56,547 nt of DNA from Intoshia linei (Eukaryota > Animalia > Orthonectida). Location of the stretch: contig LWCA01000085.1 in NCBI GenBank assembly GCA_001642005.1, positions 1 through 56,547 on the forward strand, read 5' to 3'. The notes under the pieces were generated by a model that was given only the letters and a program-made list of their open reading frames with translations, searched no databases and was not told the origin of the DNA. The number at the start of each line of letters is the position of its first letter. Within the stretch, counting starts at the first letter, position 1. This document shows, piece by piece, positions 24,191 through 36,283 of this stretch. The translations under genes were made by a program, and so were the position numbers.

Positions 24191-25644
24191 GTGATTTGTA
24201 TTTTCCATTTTTATGCTGTAAAAAAAGTTTATTTAAAAAAGAATATTAAAAAAAGTATAACTGATATTTCTGTTTCTTAATTTTAATTTGAAATATAACA
24301 AATACATCTATGGGTCATTTTTAGACCCTTAAATTTACGAGGTTCCATATATTATAAGTAGGAATGAGCATTACTCATTATTTTGTAATGTTAAATATTA
24401 GCTTATGATGAAATCAAGGTATTCATATTCTGTACACGAGCGTATTCATGAAAATTGGCTGCAGCACATAAATTTAGAAAAAAGTAATTCAAATACAGGT
24501 TTATCTGAATATCAGACTAAATTGGTTTAAATTTGATCGTTGTAATGTTTTTCAAAACTCTACTCACGAATCGTGTCTCATGGAAATTAATTCAATATTC
24601 GGATTTGTTGGAAATGATCAAACATTATAATTTATAACTGGTTAAGTTAATATATTCATCACCTGGTAAAACAAGAAAGTAAACTATATAATTAAAATTC
24701 AAATTAATATGGAGCGTTTCATATTGTTATAGTATCTATACATACGCTTTTAATTATTTCACTGAATCATCTAATGAAACAATTCAAAAAGTATACATAT
24801 GTGATTTTTATTCATTTTTAACAATGTCTATTCCGTGTGACGGACCTTTACTATTTGTTTTCAATTTATTTTGGATCTGCCACCATTATACACATGCACT
24901 TACTGAACTTTGGATTGTTGCATTTCAAGCCATTTTCAAAAAAGGTAATTTGGGGAAAATTGTTCAAAATGAATATAAATTATTTAGATGTATTCTACTT
25001 TGCACTAATTTCAATTTTCTTATCCATAATAATACACATTTTGATTAACAAATTATGAATCATGTTGTCAATAAATAGATTAACAGTTCAGGATATATTA
25101 TACTTTTTAATAATAACTTTCCGATTCACAGAAACTAGTAAACCAGTGAAACGTTTTATGTTATAAAATATACTAACGCACGTGTTATTTTTTCAAACTT
25201 TTTTCAGTGTGGATCAGTCGAAATAAGAATATATATTTTATTCAAGATCAAACTAGAGATAAATGCAGTGACTGATTATCTAAAAAATGATACTTGAATT
25301 GAACATGGCCATTTTGGTAATAAAAGGGTTCGATTGCAATCACTCTGAAACACTGATAAATTTTATTTTCCACAATGCTGTTTACTGGAATTGTAATGGT
25401 CAAGTACCAGTCACAGTAAATTTCAGGAATATCTGTTAAAGTTTAACAGATATTCCTTTAACTTAAACCCATCTCAATGAAATAATTTAATAATATATGT
25501 AAATGTAATCGAAATTACGGGCACGTATATTCAAAGCGACACTATATCAACGTAAAACGGGTTAACAATGTGAAAAGATGGTTCAATTTAATTGATACAG
25601 GTTAAATAATTTATCTTAAATAACAAATATAAAATTTTGAATAT

Positions 25645-28106
25645 TTATTTATCTGCATCAGCAGTTGATAAATCAAGAACTTCTCCGGTCATTCGGGTAT
25701 ATATATTTTCTATGTCTTTAATGTCGTTACAAAAATGGGTGGCTGCATCCATGGATTTACTGATTATAAGACCGGAATCTTTACCAGAATCAACGGGTTC
25801 AAAATAGTCTGTAACCCAAACATGCCTATAACGAAATTATACAATAATTAAAAATTACAAACTCTGATATAAATCCTGATAAAAGCGTTTTGGCGGGTTT
25901 GATATCTAACGTATACTCAGCATTTTCTTGAATAGTATTAATTAAAATAATGCAATATCCTTTTGCACACACCTTTAGAGATTCTCCAAGTTTTAGAACG
26001 TAGATATCTGATTAATATAAATATAATATAATATACATGATACCATGATTTCTGTTGCAATATTTAGCTGTGATAATGTGTTGACACGAGTTTACTTTTT
26101 TGAAATCTGGTGCGTCACTTTCCTTCAACAGATATATAGCACGCACAATCTAAATATTATTAATTGAATAAAAAACAAAAAACCTTGTGTCTCAAAATAA
26201 CATGCTCTCTGGCATAACTAGGAGAGGCCATAATAATTGGTGCACGTGCTTGTTTACCTTCACTAGAAAATCCCACAACTTTTCCGTCTTCCATATCAAT
26301 ACTATCAACTTTTGTTCTAAGCATATAGGTACCTCCATAAACAGCACTCAATCTATAAAAATTATAGACAGTTAACGTATCTAATATACCTAGCAAATCC
26401 TTGAGGTAATTCACCCAAACCGTAAAAAGGATAAACATAAGGTGATTTATAATCTTTGGAAGAAGATAAATAAGTATACATGTCGGCAATTGATTCGTAA
26501 GCATTGTTTTTAATGAACCTATAATTTATTTAATGTCTTTATTATTATTTGTATTACGCGTCATCGTGATGCAATGCAACAGCATGTTCCAAGAAATTAA
26601 TAATATGATCCTTCAACCCCCATGAACGATAAATATCTTCCATTGTCTTTGATTTTAACATCTTCTCATCTTTATTATTCTCAGAACAGTCAATTACATA
26701 TCCAACGAAATCTTTCAATTTTTTCTTGTCAAATAATCCCACCAAACCTATTTATTGTGTAATTTTATATAAAAACTTGATATTACCTGATGTTAGAGCT
26801 TCTGTTTCAGTGGCCGGGACTTTTCTGATTTTAGTGTTTTGCAATACATAACTAGCTTCAATATTTGCAAATTCAATGTAACGTGTTACTCCAGTTTTGA
26901 TTAAAAGATTTATAAGACGCCCTAAACGTCAATTTAACTGAAAAATATCAAACTAAATTATAAATTTCATTTTAATCTGTAATAAATAGAAACTAGGTGA
27001 ACAATCTTAGATTATAAAATACAATGAAAAAAGTATAGATTCAGAGTAAAAAGTTTTTTGCAGATGTTAAAGCTATTGCTGTATTTGCTGCAGGGTACAT
27101 AATAAACATGGCTGCCCAAAGTAAATGAAAGCCCCAAAAATCTCCCATTCCTTTTTGAATATATATGTTAACGGAATTTAATTTTTTTAAATAAAAAGCA
27201 TTAAATCGTAATATTTCTGGTTATTATGAATTTTTGATGACGAAGTAATATACACAAAACATTATGAACGGGTCCATGTAGTCTCCTGGGTCCACATCAG
27301 TTTTTTGGGCTCCATTCAAAATTTTATCAATTTTAAATTATTTAAAACAATAAAATAACGTTAAAAATAATATTTCCGCAATGATATACTCCATCGCGAT
27401 ATGACATGCGTGAACGGAGACTTTATCTTATTTTAAAATCATTTCAATGAGTAATTTTTTCCGATTTCGATGAACTATTATAATAATTATTGAAGGAATT
27501 ATATGTACAATGTACATCAGGCAGCACCAACGTTGTATATACACTGTATATCACATTATATAAAATTAAATTTAGTACCTGTATTAAACGATTAAAATAA
27601 GATTTTTTATTTTGAATATAATATTAATAATCAATATGAAGCGTAATACGCTAACATTTAACGTATATTTTATATTAAGGACATCTTTTGAATATTTAAA
27701 AATATTGAAAAGCCATACAAGAATATTTGTCAAGAATTACCTCTGGCCATAATAAGTTTAGGCATAAGATCAATATTCCAGTCCTTCACTAAAAAATGTA
27801 TATTTTACAAAATAATGAAACCTGATTCACAATCTTTGATGGGTTCATCGATATCCTTAATTTTCCCTATATGTTGGTAGTACTAAATAGAGTAAATGAA
27901 ACTTATTAATAACAAACCTTTGACAGTGGGGACAATGATGCACCTTCACCTCCATAAAAGTCATTGGAATCAATGTGAAGCACCTTTTTTCCTTTTTTTG
28001 ACATTAAAGCGCTCAATATACATTCCTATCAAGTTTTATTTTTATGAAATGAGTTAAATACCTTGAGACCTGTACCCAAAAATATTATATCGTATTGCTC
28101 ATCCAT
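25645..28106 (-). CDS. GDI: Rab GDP-dissociation inhibitor
   Basis: [101 protein letters not shown] and [10 protein letters not shown]. Stop at 25645-25647. Confidence 0.96.
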
Positions 28107-28932
28107 CTCGTTTTAATAAAATATAAAATTAAAGTAAACACAAAGCAATATAAATAGATTTGTAGTTTTATTAGTTTATTTGTACTCTCCATATTTAATC
28201 GATTCAAGTTGTTATGGTTAAATTTCTGTTAACGTGGGATTTTTCATTTTAGTTATAGATAATTTAAACCCTTATTTTGTTATTATTTTATTTAAACTAC
28301 ATTTTTTTATTTTACTACTTGTATATTATTTGGTATATTGATTATGTTGAATATGTATCAAAATTAAAATTTAATTTGAAATGGGTGTGTAGTACACAAT
28401 TTGTACTTGAAATAATAATAAGACTAAATTTAAGTCGATTTATTAAGTGTTTATATTTAATGAATAGGCCAACTTTATGTCTAAAAAAACTAAATAAAAT
28501 TAAAATATAGAGATTTTGATTAGAATTGACTCAATTCCAATCAATTCAATTGAGACTATCTTTTTTAATTATCATCATTATGGTTGAAATCAATGTAGTC
28601 CATTTGGGGATTTTCATGGTCTTTTTTTATTTTTTTTTTGTCTATTGATTATTTCTCTTCAGTAATAATATGCATAATACGATATTAACAACAATGTTAA
28701 GTTAATTACATGTAACGCGAACTGTGGCGGTTCGTGATTGGGGTTACAGTCACCCAGAATTTTGACCAATATAAAACAATAATATTTACAAAATTAATTA
28801 ACATATAAATATAATAATATAACAGTAAATACATACAAAAATAGTATTATAATTATAGTACATAATAATTGTACAAAAATAGTGCATAAATTATGAATAA
28901 ATAATATTATTTGATTATGATTAATAAATATA

Positions 28933-29345
28933 CAGTATTATACTCCGTTATTCGCCCAATTGAATATATTAAATATCAGGCGAATAATGGAGGTTATACT
29001 GTACTTCGTTTCAAGTTATTTCAAGTCTATTTTTGAAATTTTACTATAGTTGTAATGACAAATAATTTTAGAATTAAAATATAATAATTATTATCAAAGT
29101 GGGTTATTTTAGTTATTTAATTAACGTAACAATACAGGATATACGATTAAAATTAAATGTAACCCTAATAGTAATTGGCTGTTATATTACATGGTTTAAA
29201 AATAAAAATTTACTATGAAAAAATATGAAAAATTTAGAGCGAATAACGGAATCGGGAAAATTACAGAATTTTAATATGATAGTACTATATAAATATAAAT
29301 TAACTGGACAAATAACGGAATGAGTGGATAACGGTGGTTTTACAG
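28933..29345. mobile_element. Decayed pogo/Tigger-type MITE
   Basis: TA|CAGTATTATACTCCGTTATTCGCC, with an inverted copy ending at 29001 and a distal end GGATAACGGTGGTTTTACAG|TA. Confidence 0.55.
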
Positions 29346-29512
29346 TAATTGATTATAACTGTATCATAGTTAACAGAGTAATGAATAAAAACTGGTTTAT
29401 AATTAAAACTATTTTCAATTATGAGTTTATCAAATTATTTTCTTCTTGTCATAACCCTTATTGTGCATTTGGTAGATTTATTGTTAGAGCTATTATATTT
29501 AAAATCAATTAG

Positions 29513-32500
29513 AATTATTACAAGCTACACGCGCAGATTATTTCATTTGATAAAACTATTTTAAAAATAGTCAATAACACGGATAGTGCTACAACAAATA
29601 TTGTGACAATTTTAAACAATGATCATAACAAAGAAGGATCAAAAGGAAATACGACGGTACAAGATTCATCAACAGAAATCAAGCCCGTTAATGTCACGGT
29701 TTTATACAAAATACCACAATTGATATCACCAAAAGAAATAATAATTACGTAAGTTGTATAATATTATAATCTAAGGCAGTTACAGCAAAATGTGTATTTT
29801 CATGTTAAAAATAGTGACTTAAGAAAAAAATTTAAACCATTTAAAATTCTTATTTAAAATATGGTAAAAAAATTTTTTCTAAAAAAACCTTTCAAATGAA
29901 AATTTTTGAAATGATTTTTCAGTTCACGCGTTTATAATTTTATTTGAAAGGAGTTTGAGACAAATTATACAAAATTTGCTTCCATCAAAAATATCTAAAT
30001 TTATAATAAATATAAAAATACCTTAATTTACAACAGGGTCGTCAAAGTGGTATAAAAAGAGTCATAATGTTAATTGTGTTAAAATATTGTGATGTTATTA
30101 AAGGATGATTTAAATTTTAAATTAAAACCACAAAAAACTTTGGCGACTTCTGATTTACACTTAAAATTATCAATTTAGAAAAAATGATGAGGACATTTTT
30201 GCAATTATAAAATCAACAACATACACACTTGAAAAAAAAGTAAATCTTGTCGGAGATGTGAATATAACGAGAGTAATGGCTAGCGTCGATATATGTACCA
30301 ATAACTCTACAAAGATTAAATTTAAATACAATTTTGCAAAAAACAGATTATTTAAGAATGAACAAGATTTTTTTAAATACATATTTATTGAAAAGGTACA
30401 TATGTATTATAAAAAGTATACTTATATACAATGCATTACATTTGTTAAATATTGATTTGATAATACATTGTACATAACACATTCGTCACTTTGAAAAATA
30501 TCTGCTACTTTTCGTAGCAAGAACCCAGCAATATAACTATTTAATTTTATTGATTAAAGTGACTATTATAATGATAAATGTTTATACGTATAATTCTGTC
30601 TAAAAATGATCATTTGTTTATACATTAGGTTATATATACAAATTTTAGTATATTTAGCTAAATGAAGTAATAAGTCATTCAAGCATAAAAAAGAATTATT
30701 TAATGCTACATGATGTACAATTTAACGGGTATTTTTATATAAAGATACATATTATATGATACAGATATTAGCATATTATGCTAATAATATAACCTTTAAT
30801 ATTTTTCAATTTTACTTATGATCTCAACAAAACCAATTTGAATGGTCATTTTAATGAAGTGATCATCAATTTTAATGATTTATGATGACAAGGATAAAAT
30901 TATAGAATCAAAAAGCCAACGCAAAATAATCCATAAATTAAGAAAATTTTTTTTAAATCAAATTTTACATATATATTAAAGTTTATATTACAGTTATGTT
31001 ACAGTTCGATGTACAGTCAAAATCTCATTTAACGAACGTCGAAATTTTATTTTCTATATAAATGCCTAAATATCTGGTATTTAACGAATTTTTGATTAAC
31101 GAACGCGTAAATTCAATATTATTTTATTTTTTTAGTAGTTTTTAGAAGTTTTTTAAAATATTGTTATAGTTTTATGGCTTTAAATATTAGATTGACTCTT
31201 TTATGAAGTCATGGAATTTTTTTATATAATAAAAAGAATTATTTGTTCATATTAAATATAATTTTGATAAATTTAAAATATGTGTTTACATTATTTGCTG
31301 CACACTGTGCACCAGCACATTTCTAATATTTTCGTTAAATTCATTTAACGAATATCCCATTTTAACGTTTTGCCATTTTCGTTAAATGAGATTTTGACTG
31401 TAACACTTTTTTTTGGTAAAAATATGCACTTTTAACGTACATTGTGTATTTATAATGTGAGTTTAACGATATGTAAAAATGTAATATTATATATCATTAT
31501 AATCTTTGTAGTGAGTAGATCAATAATAAATTAAAATTATTCGGTTGTCTTAAAATTTTTTTCTTTTGTTGTACCCTGTTATACAGTATAACTCGTTTTT
31601 GGGCACCTTTTTTAAAAAATGCCCCAAAAACTGAGGGTAAAAATAAAATTATGTTATCTATTAAATTAATTGAACAATGATATATTTAATCAAATTACGA
31701 AAGTTGATAATGATTCGTTGATGAGGTATATCAACAAAAATAGTGCATTTATTTAAAAAAGAATGTTAAGACAAAAAAATAAAATCTTAGTGTATACATA
31801 ATATTTGATACAAACAAATGTGATGAAAACTTTTTTGATCTATATTTAAATAATCGGTTATCTTATTGTTTTTTTTTTTTGAAAACTCTTTATTTATTTT
31901 TTTTAAATTAATACAATTCCTTAATACATTTGGTAAAAAAACTTAAATTAGCTTCAAAAGAAAGAGAACAAAATAATCATTCAAGAAACTAACATGATAT
32001 TGAAAACGTACCCCAAAAAGAGAGGGTTCGTCGCTTCCGAGGTTCGCCCCAAACCGGTCGGACTGTATTCTTAGTATTACAGTATATTAGTTCTTTGTTT
32101 AGAATTGTGAGGTAATGACATCAAAACCATAAAGGTTAAGTAGTTTAGTTTAGATTTTTGACGCTTAATCATTGTATGGAATTTTTTTAAATTTATCCAC
32201 AATTCTTGATAAACATAATTTTAAAAAATTTAAACAGATATATAGTATCGACTAGTGACTAGTGCCACTGGTGTGTCAATAATTTGAAAATTTTTCATAT
32301 TCTCTAAATACATAATGTATTGATTATAGACTCCAGGGATACATATTACAACTTTGGCTAACCCAGCGTTAACAATTACCAATATCGTATCTTAGAATCT
32401 AAAAAGTCAAAATTAATCCAGCTAAAATTGTTATTAATTTTAGTAATCCCTGATGCAAGTGTGTCAAATAATAAGGTACCAAAGGTTCAACCCAACCTCA

Positions 32501-33760
32501 AAAAAATTAAATGTTATCATAATTACTTAATCTTAATTTATTTAATTATTTAATTTTAATAATTTTAATTAATATTTATTTTTTCAGTTATTTTATGTAT
32601 TTATATTTATTAGAAAAACTAGAAAGATTGACTTTACTATTATATTTACATTCAATCAAATTATGACTCAAAATATTTTATTTGACGAATTGATAGATAA
32701 AATGTTTAAAGACAAGCATTGTACCGATTTTGATAAAAATTCACTTCAATCAATAGGTAATTTAATATCTTACATATAAAATATAAATACAATGTACCAC
32801 TTTTAATTAAAGTTTAAACCAGTAATAGCTATTTTAATTAAACTTTTTTATCTTAAGTTTTAAAAAAATTTGTCTTTGCTAACATACTATTTAAATTTAC
32901 AGTAACTTAAATAATGATATTTTTTTAAAAAATCCACTTAATCAAATCACAAAATAAAAAATATAATTTTACCAAAACTGAAGGGCAAAATCATCTTTTT
33001 CCAATATTCTTTTGAAAACCTCGATTTTACCAAACTTTATGAGAAAACAATTTGTCATAAATGTTTTATATTTCATAGCTTCTTTGGTGTCCAAAAAAAT
33101 AATTATTTTGAAATGGGGTTCCGTACACTATTTGAATCGGTCACTCCGATTTCAAGTATAACTTATTTACAATTATCATGTTAAATTAATATATCGCCAA
33201 CATTATGTTGTAGTTTATTGAAAATTTCTATATTACTGGTACCAGCATTTCAGCAGTCCTGCTCATGAATCAATTAATTTTATTTAGCGATGTATATTAT
33301 TACGTATTTTAGTGGAGCATGTGGCGTTTAGTCAACTATTGTTGGAATCAAATTATGACAAGATTCCTTTGTATTATAATTATGTTATAATTATTATTTA
33401 TATAACTTTTGGAATAATGGGGCTATTGTTAACTTTGTTATTAATATACTGTGTAAGACTTTAACAAATTAATGAACCACTGTATTATAAAAATTTAATT
33501 GAAAAATTTAGATTATGAAAAATTGCATAAAATATAAGAGAAACAATGACATTAAAGTACATAGAATCGAGTCACAATTACTTGGCCAACCAGAAATAAA
33601 GAAATTTAATAATGAACCAGAAATAGAAAATCAACTTGCTCACCGGAAATGTGATAGAATTGACAAAATTATGATAAACGTACAATCAGTTGAAATTGAA
33701 AAGAATAATGTATATACTTTTTCATTGCTTTTAAATAATATCTTAGAATCCATATCATAA
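29513..33760 (+). CDS. Orphan single-pass (type I) membrane glycoprotein
   Basis: Open exons 29513-29748, 30179-30395, ~32330 onward, ~32614-32756, 33313-~33452 and ~33512-33760. Phases are compatible except the unresolved junctions at 32390-32614. T/N-rich ectodomain with several N-x-S/T sequons, then TM segment YVIIIIYITFGIMGLLLTLLLIYC, a basic stop-transfer sequence and a cytoplasmic tail. A probable signal exon lies at 28580-28661. Confidence 0.6.
31014..31400. mobile_element. pogo/Tigger-type MITE with perfect 23-bp TIR
   Basis: TA|CAGTCAAAATCTCATTTAACGAA...TTCGTTAAATGAGATTTTGACTG|TA. Confidence 0.92.
31584..32065. mobile_element. Decayed pogo/Tigger-type MITE
   Basis: TA|CAGTATAACTCGTTTTTGGGC...GCCCCAAACCGGTCGGACTG|TA, an imperfect TIR. 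Confidence 0.5.
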
Positions 33761-34539
33761 ATAAAAAAAGAAATTTATAACTATATATATTGTTAGTAAA
33801 CGTAGTTTAATTGTAAATAATAATTATAATAAATCGTATATATAAATCATATACATATAATCATTATGAACAGACAAACCCACGGCACCAGATAATTATA
33901 TTAATTAGTTAGAAAATAATAGAATCGTACATTCGAATTTGACGCTAAAAGTATCAACCATCCGCTTGATGTTGGGAATATAATGATGCAACTATTTACA
34001 GCAAAATCTCTAAATATACCCTTATTTTGAAGATAAAAAAAATTAAATTAGACAAATTATTATACTTTACATACCAATATGTAAAGTATACCAACACGAT
34101 TACTACTACATTTACTATTTATGAATGTCAAAATATACCTACATAGTAGAAAATGTAATTGATAAAGGGTTTACTATATTTATAATTTAAATTTTAGATT
34201 AGTTTTTACTTTGTATATTATGTGAAATCTATACTTACTGACATTAATACCTTGACAAAATTTATTTCACATACACATGTACTGTATTGTAATTCTTTAT
34301 AGACGCACTTTATTTGATTATAACACAATTGTGGGCATAAAGTGTGCTAGTGCTACATGTAAGCTATTTTAACGTATTAATAATTTTAATGTTATGATTT
34401 TGTAACGTTATATAATTCTTTTTTTAACTGCGCACTTTTATATACTGTATTTAAATTGTTATTTTTATGTATATATGATATCACATTCTATTTAATACAT
34501 GCTTTGACAGGTAATATTTGAAATATTATAAGATATGGA

Positions 34540-34841
34540 GTAAGTTAATTTGGGGTTTTGGCCCTGAAGTATAATTTTCTTAAATTTAAATTTATAATAT
34601 TGTTTATAATTTTAAATCCATATCAGCGTATATATTTTTTTAAATTCTCCAACTTGTTTGATTTTCAAAAAAAAAAACAATTGGGGTTTCTAACCCGTAA
34701 AGTGTGAGTTTGGGAGGTTGAAATGTATCTTATTATCACCGGAAAAAACGGCAATTGAAATGTGGACATTATAAAATTCTAAGACTGTAGTTATTGAAAT
34801 AATGTGGAACACACGCACACAAACAAATATATAAATAAGGA
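34540..34841 (-). mobile_element. Helitron-like repeat, subfamily B fragment
   Basis: Matches 15255-15545 and the reverse complement of 44647-44960. Ends AATAAGGA|T. Confidence 0.65.
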
Positions 34842-35116
34842 TGGCCATTAATTTGAAAGTGAATCAAAGTTATATATTAGTTTAGTTGTATGTATCTACA
34901 GAAATGCCAGTTATTAATATTAATATTTAAATATTAATAAATCCGTTAACTACGAGATAAATTTTTAAAATTTTTTCAGGAATGTAAAAATTATAATTCA
35001 TATTTCCATATTATCTTATTTTTAGGCAGAATTTTTTTAATTTTAATAAATAAATGGGTTGACTGTTATGCACTACGTACAAACGGTACCTAGCTTTGCC
35101 GAGAGCGAACATTTTT

Positions 35117-35662
35117 GAAAATTATGATTTGAAAAAAAATTAATATTAACATGCTTTTTTGACCGTGAAGCCATCACTTTGTCAGATTGTAATTTTTTGT
35201 GTGTTAATTGGATATAGTTGTATCATCTGTAAATTTTTTTGAAATTCTAAGGCTGTTTTCATATAAAAAAGAGTAATCTGAGGTTTTAATCGTGATCATT
35301 ATATTTTTTGAGATTGCCATTTTATAATAATAATATTCCTGATAATTTTAAAAACTATCCCAGAATTTATGTTGTATTAAATTCTAGGACTTTTTTTATT
35401 TTTTGTCATTTTGGATTTTGACCGTAAAGATATAATATTTTGAAATTGAAAATAGTCATAATTTTGATGATTTTTAAATCTATTCAGATTGTGTATTTTT
35501 TATAATTTTAGGACTGATTTTAAAAAAAGGCATTTGGGTTTTTGACTTTGAAGGACTCAATTTCTGATAATGAAATTTTCGATAAAACATCACTCTCGAA
35601 AAACTGTAATAGAAACACATATACATTATTATTTATTTACTTATAAATTGTATAAGTAAGGA
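35117..35662 (-). mobile_element. Helitron-like repeat, subfamily A copy
   Basis: Four subunits near 35157, 35283, 35415 and 35538. Ends GTATAAGTAAGGA|T. Confidence 0.65.
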
Positions 35663-36283
35663 TATGACTGTATTTGATGAATTTACGCAAAATTGATCAA
35701 AAATGAAAATTATTTTAACTTTTATAAAATTTTAATGAGAATTAATGTAAGAATAACCAATTCAAAATAATATTAATATTATTGTTAAAAAAAATATTCA
35801 TTTAATTTATTTTTCATCTGGACCACTTAGAATTTCCTGTGGACGGCTTTAGGACCCACTTTTGTATGTAACATATTTGTTATGGATCGTATCTATGAAA
35901 CAAAGTAACCTATTTAACTATTTCACTTAGTAACTAACTGTATAATAACAATTTGTCGAATTATTAATAAATTAATTCACTTGGTAGCATTACATTTATT
36001 TATTCCAACGAATGATGAAATGTTTTGACTGAATAAAGTTATAAAGATGTAGTTTAATTGTAAAAATAAATTGTAAATAATGAAAAATATATTGGTTAAA
36101 CATTACTAAAAACTGGATTTGATTCATGATACAATAGTAAATAGATGAAAAGTTGTTGAAACATAGGCCAACAAAATATGATAACCCTATCTGGGCATAT
36201 ACAATCATTGCAAATTAATAACTGGATTAATTTATAATAATTGAATGTAGTAAAAATTTAAATATATAAAAATATTATTTAGA

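Noticed and set aside
24400-25420. Coding-like sequence between OST48 and GDI
   Set aside because: Short open frames on both strands, but no consistent splice model or recognisable motif.
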